From assembly GCA_022813965.1 (NCBI GenBank), contig JALDZS010000150.1, positions 1 through 60,231 on the forward strand: a DNA stretch of 60,231 nucleotides, in the 5' to 3' direction. Shown in pieces: positions 38,101 through 49,130 of the stretch (positions within the stretch are counted from its first letter, which is position 1; each line of letters begins with the position of its first letter). This DNA comes from Toensbergia leucococca. Taxonomy: Eukaryota. Made by a program: the position numbers and the translations under genes. Under the pieces are notes generated by a model, which saw only the letters and a list, made by a program, of their open reading frames with translations, had not been told where the DNA came from and made no database searches.

Positions 38101-38801
38101 TCAAGTCTGATAGTAGGGTTGGCCGTGAGGGTCCTGATTTCCATCCGCAAATGGAGTATCGTCGTCTGGTGGAGGAATATTCTCATCCGGATCACAGTAT
38201 TCACCGGTTTTATGCCCGCGATCGTTGCAATCAAAACAGATATCTCTCATCTCGGAAAACCTGATGGCGATATTCTTATCCTGCATATGTCTCTTATAAT
38301 CCACCTGGAAATCAGATCCCAGCATTGTGCCGCACAGGTGATTGCACATTGCCATGGTCTTTGGCTGATTTCGAGAGAGAGTGTGATGCAAAGCCCGGGG
38401 GGGACCTTTCGGGCGCAGCCGTTGAGAGAATATATGTCCCGTAAATCGAAGTTCCAGTGAGATTCCTGCTTGTAGCAGAACTTGAAGTCCGGATCAGTGT
38501 CATTGCAGCGTTTTTGGGTTTGGATTTCGGGTCTTGCGCAAGGGCCGTTGAGACGCGTATTACGGCATACATCCGAGATGGTGAAGTGGCGGTTGTAGCG
38601 GTGGCTGTAGTAGTCCCAGTGGTAGTAGTGTCCAGACATGGCGAAGTCGTAATCGCTGTCGGCTTTTGTAGCATCGTTCGTTCGGCAAAAGCACATGATG
38701 GAGTCGAGGGTGTCGCCAAATTCGAAGCGCCGGGCTGTGACGGAGATGGCGAGGAGGACCACGGCGAGGGCGAGTTTGAGAGATATGCGTGAGAGGGCCA
38801 T
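38101..38801 (-). CDS. Small secreted cysteine-rich protein, apparently frameshifted at a C7 run (possible pseudogene or sequencing error)
   Basis: Signal peptide MALSRISLKLALAVVLLAISVTA. The annotated ORF ends at 38247, but an overlapping frame (38101-38391) gives a more protein-like Cys-rich C-terminus. The frames switch at G7 38397-38403. Confidence 0.65.
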
Positions 38802-39662
38802 TGTGGTCAGGTTCTTGGTGCGTAACCTTGGTAGATGGTTTGCTTGTAGGCTTCAGTAATTTCGTCGAGATGAGTTGTCGAGATGAGTTGCAAAGCCCAG
38901 TTTGTCGATTTTTGAAAGATGGGCGATAACCTTAGACTTTATAGGAAACAGTTCCGCTCAAAATCTGCTCAGTCTAGTTTCGAAAGCATTGTTGACCGGT
39001 CTTTTTCACCAAGATGGAAAAAGGCTGCTGGCTGGAAAATTCCGGTTCAGAAGACAGGTTTCTTTCCAGACACAGACCGAATTAAACCTTGATTAGCAAT
39101 GTCAAGGTTGGGATTCACAGAAAGCTTGTCTCTTTAGCTGGTAATCGAACAGCAAATGCAAATTGCATTGACGGTCGCCATCTCACGATATAAGAGGCTC
39201 AATCATCGATGGTGAAGCACATCACGTGGTATCATTTTCATTCCAATGTATTAACGTCCGGTGAAGACAATTTGAAGACAAGTGATGTGAGCACGGAGAC
39301 AGCTAAAATTTGGAGGGCCTTGCTGGTATTGAGTATGACTGACTCCTTGAAACGTTCGGTCCGCATAACTATGTAGCTGCGAAGTGATGAAGCTTGGGGT
39401 AGGATGAACGACTGCGACAAAGAAATGGGTTGAACAAGCCTCGGGTTCGGACCCATCGCGTCGGAAAATAGAAAGTAATTCTTTAATGTTTGAGGAGTGG
39501 AAATCCGTCTATCGACAAAAGCCTTTTTTATAGCCGACTTCCCCTGGTGAAGGGCAAATAAAGTATTGCAATAGAAATTGAATAGTAGGTTGAAGCCCAC
39601 TGTCGAGGAATAGAATATGTCTTTCATCACGCTCAGTAGTTGAATATCTCAATTCAGTGATA

Positions 39663-40474
39663 CCGTAGTAATTGGCATATAAGATACTAGCCTTTTAGCC
39701 CGTTCATCATATATAGGTCAGTTGAAACCATATCTTATAGGTCAATAGTATCTTATATATCAATAGCATCTTATATACCGTTCTTAGAGTAAGGTCTTCA
39801 CAAGACTCCATGAATCAAAGAGATCTATAGATCAATGAATATCACCACCTCTTTTGTTCTCGGAGGCTGTACTGAATTTATTCAAGTCTTAGATGTGGTC
39901 ATCAACAAACCTCTTAAGAAATCAATAGAGAAGCTGACAGATGAGCATTATGACAGATATCATGAGAAGTAGGCTTCTGAAAAGTATACTGTGAGTGAAC
40001 ATCGTGTGATGTTAATACAATGAGTGAGTAAGGCATGAAGAGAGTTTCATAAAAATCAGTCAGACCTCATCATCAAAGTCTTTAGACAAGTAGGGCTATC
40101 TCTAACTGTGAATGAAAGTCAGGATTATGAGCTGTGCATCAAGAATATTTCAGATATAGAGATGAGGGACTGAACAAGATGGCTGAAGGAGACATTCAAT
40201 CTCATGTCAATTGAGGAAGATGTGAAGGAGATGAAGAAGGTGAAGGCTGAGGATGTTCAGGTGTTTGATAGTGATGATGAGAAGGATGAGGAGAAGTCAG
40301 CAAGTGAGTCAGATGATGAGGTGAAGTACATACCTGAGACCCTCCCTCACAAGTAGGTAGATATTATCTTATAGACCAAAAGCCCTGTGGTCTCAAAAAG
40401 TCAATTTAGAACCATATCTTATACCTCAGTAGTATCTTATGAATTGGTAGTATCTCATATGCCAATTACTACGG
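39663..40474 (+). mobile_element. Non-autonomous pogo/Tc1-mariner DNA transposon (812 bp) with a RIP-mutated DDE transposase remnant
   Basis: 27-bp TIRs (CCGTAGTAATTGGCATATAAGATACTA, 1 mismatch) and flanking TA duplication at 39661-62 and 40475-76. Internal GGCTEFIQVLDVVINKPLK..KYTVSEHRVML matches the pogo DDE_1 C-terminus, with stops at Trp-like positions. Confidence 0.92.
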
Positions 40475-40897
40475 TATTTTGCCAAAATTAAATTTCTCAC
40501 ACAGATAGCAATAAATGAGACTTGTTCACTTAGTGTAATAGTAGTGTAGCTGAGGTACCTTATTAAAGTGTAAACAAGGCGGGGTGTACGGAGGAATTAG
40601 TTGATGTCATCTGAACATTTTGGACTTTCCACGGATCAGCATTTTTCCGGGCGTGTATTTTCTGCACGCTCGCCACAGGTCGTCGTCTCTCAGCAACGGA
40701 GGAACGAAGCCAAAATCAGGCATCAAGTGGCCACCATGGGTCCGCTTGTTACCGTATGTGAGCACTTCGCATTAATACACATACCTCGTCTACTGCGCGA
40801 CAAGTAGGACGAAAGCTGACTGTTTGACTAAGAGCTGCTTCCTTGGAAATCCGTTTGTTACCCCGGCCTCCTCCACAATCTTGTCGCTATCAGAGCT

Positions 40898-43429
40898 ATG
40901 GTTGCAGCCTTTGTCAAACGACCCATTTCGCCCTTACACTTTGAGACCCTGTCGTATTTGCCGGAAGACATCCTTTGTTCGGGCTCAGATGGCGAACATA
41001 CCCTTGAGGGACATAGAGACAAGAGGCAGCGAATAGAAGCTCTTGGCCAGCAATACCTTCAAGGCCGGCCACTGTTTATCCTTTCCGCTGCTTTACGTGG
41101 GCCGTTAGAAGATGGATGGATCAATCCTTGGGCAAGCAAGCCACATGGCCCTGCTGACGACGGTGAATCAGCGGCCAGTGAGCTGAGGAGAAAAGCTACG
41201 TCAAGAGGCACTGACAATAGCGCGACACTTGGGAATCCTCGTAGTGCACGGAGATCAGTTAGATCAGACAGTTCTAATAGTAGACGTGGGCCGCTGAGAG
41301 ATGCAGATAACTCAAAGTCGAAATTCTCTAAGAGCGTGGTAAAGAAGCATTCTAAATGCTTGCGTATGGAGCATGAAGAGGCTCACCAGCAAAAGCTTCG
41401 TTCAGAAACATTACCGCAAGTTCAGAATGATCCTATCAATACTTTAGAAAGACAGAAAGATGGCTTTCCTCCGACCCGTACACAGCCTCTGCCGGCAACG
41501 GACGACCAACACAAGGAATCTGTGGACTGGCTGAAGTCGGATACGAGGTTTCTAAAAAATGGTTTTGGAAACCCCTCCAGATCCCCCACGCCAACACCTG
41601 CAAACAAAACCTACGATAAGAAGACCGTGAATGCAAACGCAACAAATAGACATCGGTCTGTGGCTAACAGACCACCTGTTACTCTTGAAGGAGATCCTCA
41701 TCAGAAGCAGGACCTGTTCCATGATCGGGATCATATTGCGCCCAAGACAGTGCACGCATTTGGCTTTACTCCCATAAATGGGCCTACTCCATGGAGGGAA
41801 AACACAGAGTCTCGGGCTAAACCTACTGAGGACGAAAAAACCCTGCTTTTCACTCTCTCTAAAGAAAGCAAAGCCCGAAAACGTGAGACCACTTTAGCTG
41901 CAGCCCAAGCGCTCTCCGAGAGAGGCTCCCTTAGCGGTGCTCAACGACATCCTCTAGAACCCGTCGATCAAACCAAACTCGAAGACAAATGCTGGGAAGC
42001 TAGAAAGCCATCTAAGGCGGCAGCACAACGAGCTTCCCAAGGTTGCGTTAATTCTCAGCTGCCAGAGACAACATTGGGACATGATAAGATAGTCGATGGA
42101 AGTATCAACGCGGAAGCATCTTCTACGAGGCCTTCGGAAAGCCCCGTGAGGTTTCTGAATGCAGCACCACCTTCAGCCAACCTCTCTGCGTTCCAATATC
42201 GATATGCCAATAAGAGATCGTACTCTTCCTCGACCTCCAGCGAATCAAGCGCATTTTCCGAGGAGCTCAAAGCTGCTAAAGCAAAGGCAAAGGCTAGGGC
42301 TACCAAAAAGCTTAGCTTTACAGGATCTGGTAATGTTAAGGATGTGCGGCACCAAAAAGGTTCAAAAGACTATGCAGCCACGCTTACACGCTCCTCGCAA
42401 CATTCTCCACTAGTGCATGTAGAAAGCTCTTGTAAAGAGGACCTATCCGAAGTACAACATATGGAGACAGTCTCTTTAGAAACCTCTATACCCTTACTTT
42501 CCACATCTGAGGGCCAGTTCAGTACTCCTCAGATATTGCCCGAAGCCCAGGTAGTATCAGAACCGCCGGGTCAGTTCTATCAAGTTCCGTCGGCACCATC
42601 GACGAATTTGCTGGAAACAGACAAGCAATCAATCAAGTTCCCAAGCACGGAAGAAGTGGATTCTGAAAGTCACCTTTCGACACAAGCTGCCATACTCCAA
42701 GCTCAACGCTCGTTCCAAATTAACGTCTTATCTGCGATCAAAGAATCCAAATTCCAGTCTACCCATGGCATTAGGAAAAGCTCAGACCAAGACAGCACAC
42801 CCATAATGGATAAGAATGATAATCTTGTCTTCACACCGTCCAAAATCTGGCGCAATTCTCATATGCCCGCTGGAGGGCAATTACCAGCCGCCGAAGATGA
42901 CGACAACGAGCCAATGAGTACGCAGGACATGGTTGACGCTATTACTCCCTTCGCCCTGACCACAGTCAAGAAGCTCCCACCAAAGAAGCGCGCCAGCTTT
43001 GCCACCTCTCCGATCTCCCGCATAGGCTTTGCCGACCCCGGCTCCCCCACTGTGAACTTCGACGCCCCCGGTTTCAACATGTCCACCAGCCCCGACACTC
43101 CCACCCATCCCCCTATTCTCTCTTCCGCCCCACGACCGCTTTTAAGCGCCATCTCCAAACAAACATCATCCATCTCCCATCCAACTGTTACATCTTCCTT
43201 GGCTTCTTTCTCTATCGCTCCTAATGGTACATTGACAGAAGTGTACCAGCAGGACGGGCAGAAGTCCGATGTTGATTGGGATCTTGAAAGGGCGATTGAC
43301 GAAGCTGGTAGTTTCTTGGGTGAGTGGGATGTTGATGCTGAGGTGAGGAAGGTGGGGACTGGGAGTTCGGGGTCGGCGGCTGGGAAGCAAGCCGTGAAGG
43401 GAGTGCTGACGAGGGGAAAGAAGTATTGA
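40898..43429 (+). CDS. Fungal hypothetical protein, largely disordered (often labelled 'protamine P1-like')
   Basis: 843-aa ORF with conserved-looking islands RIEALGQQYLQGRPLFILSAALRGPLEDGWINPW, LSTQAA and IDEAGSFLGEWDVD in S/P/K-rich sequence. Confidence 0.75.
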   Translation: MVAAFVKRPISPLHFETLSYLPEDILCSGSDGEHTLEGHRDKRQRIEALGQQYLQGRPLFILSAALRGPLEDGWINPWASKPHGPADDGESAASELRRKATSRGTDNSATLGNPRSARRSVRSDSSNSRRGPLRDADNSKSKFSKSVVKKHSKCLRMEHEEAHQQKLRSETLPQVQNDPINTLERQKDGFPPTRTQPLPATDDQHKESVDWLKSDTRFLKNGFGNPSRSPTPTPANKTYDKKTVNANATNRHRSVANRPPVTLEGDPHQKQDLFHDRDHIAPKTVHAFGFTPINGPTPWRENTESRAKPTEDEKTLLFTLSKESKARKRETTLAAAQALSERGSLSGAQRHPLEPVDQTKLEDKCWEARKPSKAAAQRASQGCVNSQLPETTLGHDKIVDGSINAEASSTRPSESPVRFLNAAPPSANLSAFQYRYANKRSYSSSTSSESSAFSEELKAAKAKAKARATKKLSFTGSGNVKDVRHQKGSKDYAATLTRSSQHSPLVHVESSCKEDLSEVQHMETVSLETSIPLLSTSEGQFSTPQILPEAQVVSEPPGQFYQVPSAPSTNLLETDKQSIKFPSTEEVDSESHLSTQAAILQAQRSFQINVLSAIKESKFQSTHGIRKSSDQDSTPIMDKNDNLVFTPSKIWRNSHMPAGGQLPAAEDDDNEPMSTQDMVDAITPFALTTVKKLPPKKRASFATSPISRIGFADPGSPTVNFDAPGFNMSTSPDTPTHPPILSSAPRPLLSAISKQTSSISHPTVTSSLASFSIAPNGTLTEVYQQDGQKSDVDWDLERAIDEAGSFLGEWDVDAEVRKVGTGSSGSAAGKQAVKGVLTRGKKY

Positions 43430-44112
43430 TTTTTGGCGGGAATTGGGGATGGGAATCTTGGAATTTTGGCTCACTTGTAGATGAGAAAAGGCAGGTTGTT
43501 GGCAATTGATATTTATGAGACTTAAAGCTATATACCCGATTCATACGCTAGCAATCTGTATGTCCTCAATTCATCCTCTGCTTACTGAAGAGAGGTCATT
43601 ATGAGTATGTGAGCATTTTTGAAGAGTTGATGTCATCAGTGGTGGTGCAGTTTCTTTGTCCAAAGGCAAAGAGCTGGATCTTGAGCCTCCTTTTTTTCCC
43701 TTGGTCTTTTTAGACTAACTAGGTATGACCGGGTGGCAGGACATTTCTTCCTCGTTGGACTGTTTGTTGGGTATGGTTTTTGTTCCTTTTTTGGCAGAAC
43801 TTTGATGAATTGCAGAAGATGTTCTTACGAGATATGTGAAGTGTGAAATGACGAAAAGAGGTTGTGAAGAGCACCGATGGAGAGGTCGGATTTCGCATTG
43901 AATTGGAGGGGGAAAGTGGTAGACGGCGTGGTGAGTCAAAAAAGAGGACGAGGGAAGCAGGGGAGACTTGCAAGGAGTTGTGATGTGGGCTTTGTGTGAG
44001 ACTGAACAGCGTATTCTTAATAAATGCTCTCCACCTTGTGGTATCATCCTACCGACCGACGCCCTGGCCCAAAATCCCCACTCTACCTGAAAAAACCCCA
44101 GCTCTATTACCC

Positions 44113-44595
44113 TTACACATCATCTCTCTTCACCCTGGCCCCCTGCTCCCACTGCTCCAAACACTTCTTATACCAATCATCGAATTCCCCCCACTTGGTA
44201 CCGCTACCATCGTCCTTGCGCCACCATCCCGCCCTCTCGTTCCAGAACACGTGCTCATACCCGCCCCCCAAATCCCCCGCCACGCTCCCCTCATCCACGG
44301 TTCCCATGGTCACATGTGTCACTTCCGGCCGGCAATGATATTTCATGAACAGCGGGGAGCCGCAGCTGTCGCAGAAGCCCCGCACGGCTATTGCAGAAGG
44401 GACGAGCTTGACGGCGGCGGGTGGGCGGATGGTCCAGGTGAGGGCGGTGTTGGGGATGGAGGCGAAGGTGGAGAAGACGGCGCCGGAGTGCTTGCGGCAG
44501 GTGGTGCAGTGGCAGTGGCAGATGTTGAGGGGGAGGACGCTGCTTGTGTAGGTAATCTGGCTGCAGGCGCAGCTGCCGCGGAGGGAGGTGATCAT
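44113..44595 (-). CDS. GFA/CENP-V (Mss4-like) zinc-binding protein
   Basis: GSCACSQITY, CHCHCTTCRKHSGA, RGFCDSCGSPL, HVFWNERAGW. Confidence 0.92.
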   Translation of the reverse strand: MITSLRGSCACSQITYTSSVLPLNICHCHCTTCRKHSGAVFSTFASIPNTALTWTIRPPAAVKLVPSAIAVRGFCDSCGSPLFMKYHCRPEVTHVTMGTVDEGSVAGDLGGGYEHVFWNERAGWWRKDDGSGTKWGEFDDWYKKCLEQWEQGARVKRDDV

Positions 44596-44780
44596 GGTTA
44601 AATGTATTGCTGCAGCAATCGTAGGTCAGATGTTGTGTGCTTGGCGTTCAATTTTTATACATGAACTATTCTAGAATAGAGAGCGCGGAACGAAGTCGCT
44701 AAAATTGTGCATTTATGTAAAATACTCGCTTGCCGAGCAGCTGATCAAAGGTATTTACGGTGTTGAGGCCAAAAAAGGGA

Positions 44781-44907
44781 AGCACTCGGCGGGAATCGAA
44801 CTAGGAAGCAAAAGAAATAGAGAACTGCATTCACTAGCTCCAGGTGAACCCCCAGATCACAGAGTGCGTAGAAACAGGCAAATCGCTAACCGTTAGGCCA
44901 ACGACCC
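44781..44907 (-). pseudogene. tRNA-like Pol III relic (A box, B box, T6 terminator; cloverleaf broken)
   Basis: GGGTCGTTGGCCTAACGGTTA (A box)...GTTCGATTCCCGCCGAGTGCT (B box), then CCCTTTTTT. The acceptor and T stems do not pair. Confidence 0.6.
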
Positions 44908-46050
44908 TCCATGGAAGTAGAGAAGAAATTATTTTATATATTCCTTTAGACATCAACATTCAATCACTGAATGCGTATTTTTTACCCCCGTACGGATAGT
45001 TGAACAAGCTACATTTTTCTCTCAGTCTCAATTATCTTCCTTTCTCTCACCCTCAATGTTCTCCCATAATCTACAGATACCAGCAGAGTGTTCAATCCGC
45101 TGTCGATATAGCCTCGTCTTTAAAGCACCGAGGACAACAGTATTTCACAAAGAAACAGCTTTACTCTACACTACTCATCATAACATCAATGCAAGACACA
45201 GCTAAAAGCTCAGCAAGCAATCTGTTACTGCTGATCCAGGTTTACTGCTGATCTAGGTGCTGCCTGAATCGGTGAAGAACCCTTCAAATGGTCAACGTCC
45301 ACGGTTGGTAAAGTGAAAATTACTTCTTGATGTTGTCTTCTCAGCTCTTCATCTTGCCGTTACGACTTTATACAGCAGAATCTATGCCCCAGGGAATTCA
45401 GAAGTCGACGCTACAAAATATACTTTCTCTTTCAACCGAAAGGGCAAGCATGCACGCCTTCATAAGGAAGGAAAATTAGATACATGCAAAAACTATCAGT
45501 TCGCAATATTGGAAATCATGAACGCTAATTTTTTGGGGCTACTACCGTATGCTCCCCGCCTCGTTCTGACTCGGGGACGCCCCATTTCACGCCTTATTCT
45601 ATGCCCCAATCGACACCCCCTTTGCGACCGGTTCACGACCCGTTTACGACCCACACTACATGGAATAGGGCGTCCGCGAGTCACGGCGCCTAGCCTTGGG
45701 ACGCCGGCATTCATGCCATAGCAGCTTTGTAAATCCATAAGCTCGAGATCTTCCGTTCTCATCTACCTTACTTCTTTGCTTTAATTCACTTCTAACCCAA
45801 TTTTCGGGCGTTGATATGAAGGCGATGACTCCCGTTGCCTAGGAGTAGCTGCCCAGCACCTATGCCTTGTTTCGACTGACTCGCCTTGTTTCCTGTCAAC
45901 GCTTGTCGCAGTAATGTCGCCTGGCTACTTGAGGTGCTTCATTTCCTTATCCATTTCTTATAATTTCATAACATATCTCTATATCCCGATGTGAAGAGTC
46001 CAGAAGTCTAGACATTGTCTCAATTGCTACTGCCCGCTCACTCTATAACT

Positions 46051-46854
46051 ATGCCACTTGAGCTTCGCCAAGTCATTTCCGCCAACGAGGTGCCTGAGAT
46101 CGTCGAAGGGTGGATGAAAAACGCGGTCCAGCTAACCCAGACTCTTGAATCCGTCAATTGGGGGACTGACGAGAGCTCCCACAAGGATCGAGTGGAGGAC
46201 CTCTGCGCGCGACAGTGGTTCAGGTATTCGACGACCCCTGGCTCGGTCTGGCTGAAGGTCGTTGACACGGATCTTGGCGACAAAGTGGTCGCAGCCTCCC
46301 GATGGACGATACGCACCAGAATAGCTTCAAGTGAAGCTATCTTACCCGCCAGAGCGTATTGGCTGCCTCCAGGTCCGGTGCGGAGGTTCTACGAGGTGAT
46401 CCGGGAAGACTGGTCTGCGGTGTGGAATCGACAAAAGCCGCACGTTCGTAAGTCTATCGCGAGATTCGAGTGGACGGAGACTGACTTAGACACACCAGAT
46501 CTGCTCACCACCTACACGCTAATAGAGCACCGCCGCCGTGGTGCGAATACCTTGATGATGGAATGGGGCACCAGGAAAGCGGACGAACTGGGCCTGGAGA
46601 CCTGGCTGGAGGCTACCCCACTGGGCAGCATGGCATACGCCAGGCATGGCTTTGGCTTCCTTCATACGGTTGAGTTGCATCCTTCTGCAGAGCTGCGAGA
46701 GGATAACGATGAGTGGCGCCACTGGGAAGAGGCCACTAAGGATCTCCGCCTAGCCGTGATGAGGCGGCTCGTAAACGGTGTGTGTAACGACGACAAAGTG
46801 GACGCGGCATCCTTCCCGGCGCACGACCTGGTCAGGAATATATGGCTGAAGTAA
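46051..46854 (+). CDS. GNAT-family N-acetyltransferase
   Basis: WLKVVDTD..VVAASRW, acetyl-CoA motif HRRRGANTLMMEWG, ADELGLETWLEATPLG..YARHGF; probable 51-nt intron 46448-46498. Confidence 0.9.
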   Translation: MPLELRQVISANEVPEIVEGWMKNAVQLTQTLESVNWGTDESSHKDRVEDLCARQWFRYSTTPGSVWLKVVDTDLGDKVVAASRWTIRTRIASSEAILPARAYWLPPGPVRRFYEVIREDWSAVWNRQKPHVRKSIARFEWTETDLDTPDLLTTYTLIEHRRRGANTLMMEWGTRKADELGLETWLEATPLGSMAYARHGFGFLHTVELHPSAELREDNDEWRHWEEATKDLRLAVMRRLVNGVCNDDKVDAASFPAHDLVRNIWLK

Positions 46855-47861
46855 TGATAATTTGCCCAGGCCACTTCAGTGAAATTTCGGATTTTGATTT
46901 TCCAAATTTAGGTACTTATTGTTCATTTAGCATTCCCTACGGATAGCTAGAGTATGCTCCGACGACCACACGCATACTTTTACTTGGAGATCAATATTTC
47001 AAGTAAAAATATTTTCAAACTGTACTTTCAAGACAGAAGTTCCACGTTCTTTGTGCCTTCCGAGACGCTTATCTCATGTGGTACAGATACACAAACCCTG
47101 CCATGCACTGATAGCCGGTGGCTCCCCTTAAATTAGATGGTAGGACCTTCCATTCAATTCTTTGACATGGCTGACCATTGTAAAGGAACTTTTGAGCCTA
47201 GAAGCATGATTGAACGAGGCAGGTTAGAGAACCGTCGACAGGCAATGAGCAACAGAGCTAGTCATCGTCGACCAAATTAGACACAATCTATCTGTTGGCG
47301 TCGAGAACACACCGAAGTTGTGGATTAGTAATTCTAGAGGAAAGTGCTGTGGGTCCGGTCAGCGCTCGCCAATGGGACTCAAGACGTTATGCAACGAGCT
47401 TCTAGATATCGATATCCAGACAAAAAATGACTGTGACTTACCAAAAATCCAAAACCATCAGAGTTGAATGGTCAGGTTCTTCATGAAGGCAATAATAAGA
47501 TAGTGGCTTGCCTTCACACCAACGAATGTTACCTTTTATGTCAGAGCAATCATGGCAGAACACATTTGATATATCGCAGGGATCCTTGGACGAGCCTCTC
47601 TTCTGTGCATCGAATCCCTTACCCTGGAAGCAGACCGACTTGTGTTACAATTTTCAATCATTGATTCTTGATTCCCCATGTCGCTTCCTCTCTTTCAAGT
47701 CATTGTTCATCTTATTCAATCGCCCATATCATCAGTCCTGGACAACGCACACACAAAGAGATTGTACCACACAATAAGCACAACGAATCTGTTTGGTTCT
47801 TTATTGCGTCTTTATCCCCCATCTCCACCCTACGTTCTTCCAGTCTATAAAAAGCTACATC

Positions 47862-48455
47862 ATGGAAAACGATCCCCTCACACACTCTCGCAACGCACAC
47901 GCTCAACAATTACCACAGCAATCAACTAAAAAAACCTCAGCGACCAAAAAAAACTCACACTCAAAACCAATTCAACCAGTGGCCAAATCCATGGCCCCTG
48001 CACAGCAGACAGGCCACATTAATGAGCCCAAGACAATCATCATCAGAAAACCCACCGCAAAAAAGCCCGCCCCTGATCGCTGCACAAACCCTTTATGCCC
48101 CGTGAAAAACTGGCACAAACAAGGGCCATTCTCCCTCGGCGATGAAAGACTGCCAACCATCATCAAAACCAGAATGGATGAATTTTCAGCAGGAACAGCC
48201 AACGCTTCTAGCCTAGACTTCATCAACGCTTTCCTCGGCGTTCATAAAGGGGCTCCAATCATTGCGTGGTGCAACAGCCCTTCATGCCCCGTCCGTTCTA
48301 GACATAGACCTGGGCCTTTCTTGCTTGAAAAAACCACAATGTCCTCACACCCCTCAAAGACCAAACAAAAATCCAAAATCAAAAGATTCAACCTCTGCGC
48401 AAAAGTATGTCTTCTTTTCCGTTCTATGGTAGGTAATTTTGAGGGTTTTGAATAG
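47862..48455 (+). CDS. Hypothetical protein with two C-x4-C-P-V-x3-H-x2-GPF repeats
   Basis: Open frame with CTNPLCPVKNWHKQGPF and CNSPSCPVRSRHRPGPF; TATA-like TATAAAAA just upstream. G-poor composition suggests possible RIP erosion. Confidence 0.5.
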   Translation: MENDPLTHSRNAHAQQLPQQSTKKTSATKKNSHSKPIQPVAKSMAPAQQTGHINEPKTIIIRKPTAKKPAPDRCTNPLCPVKNWHKQGPFSLGDERLPTIIKTRMDEFSAGTANASSLDFINAFLGVHKGAPIIAWCNSPSCPVRSRHRPGPFLLEKTTMSSHPSKTKQKSKIKRFNLCAKVCLLFRSMVGNFEGFE

Positions 48456-49130
48456 TGTATGAATGAAGGAGTAAATAAGAGATGATAAGACATGATAGAG
48501 GTTGAGGATTGAGGTTGAGGATTGAGTGTGAATGTGATAAGAGATTGAGATTTTGTTATTGAGATTGTAAATTGATTTGAGGTGATAGTGAGAGAGAAAA
48601 AAAGAAAGAGAGAGTGAAAGAGAGAGTAAAAGAGAGAAAGAAAGGAAGAAAAGATGTTTCTATATCATGAACTCTTTAAAACAAATCTACAGTGACAAGG
48701 TACCTTGATTATGAGAAACATTAAACTATCAGTAGTACTTCTCAGCACAAGTGCAACAAATCTCAGAAAGTTAAACTGTCTCTCACTCACTTGTATTGTG
48801 AAGCAAAGGTAGAAATATGTGTAGTAAGATGCACAAAACTGCAAGACACTTCATCAAGGTCTTTGAAAAAAAAAATAAAAGGGAATGTTGATTGATTGAA
48901 ATCTGAAGTCTTTATTGATGATGTCATTCTAAGCTGCAGAGCAAATATTTAAGCTATTCACCACAACCAACCGCCCGTGCCGCCCTAGCTAAGATAGGCG
49001 AAGCGACAGCGATGACGGAGTTTCTGTCCGGGAAACGAATAAGCGCGGCGATAAGGGATTTATCACGAAGAATTTTAACTCGTATCAACAAGCCGTCTTT
49101 ATCCTTGGGCTGCGAACGCATCCTTTCCCC

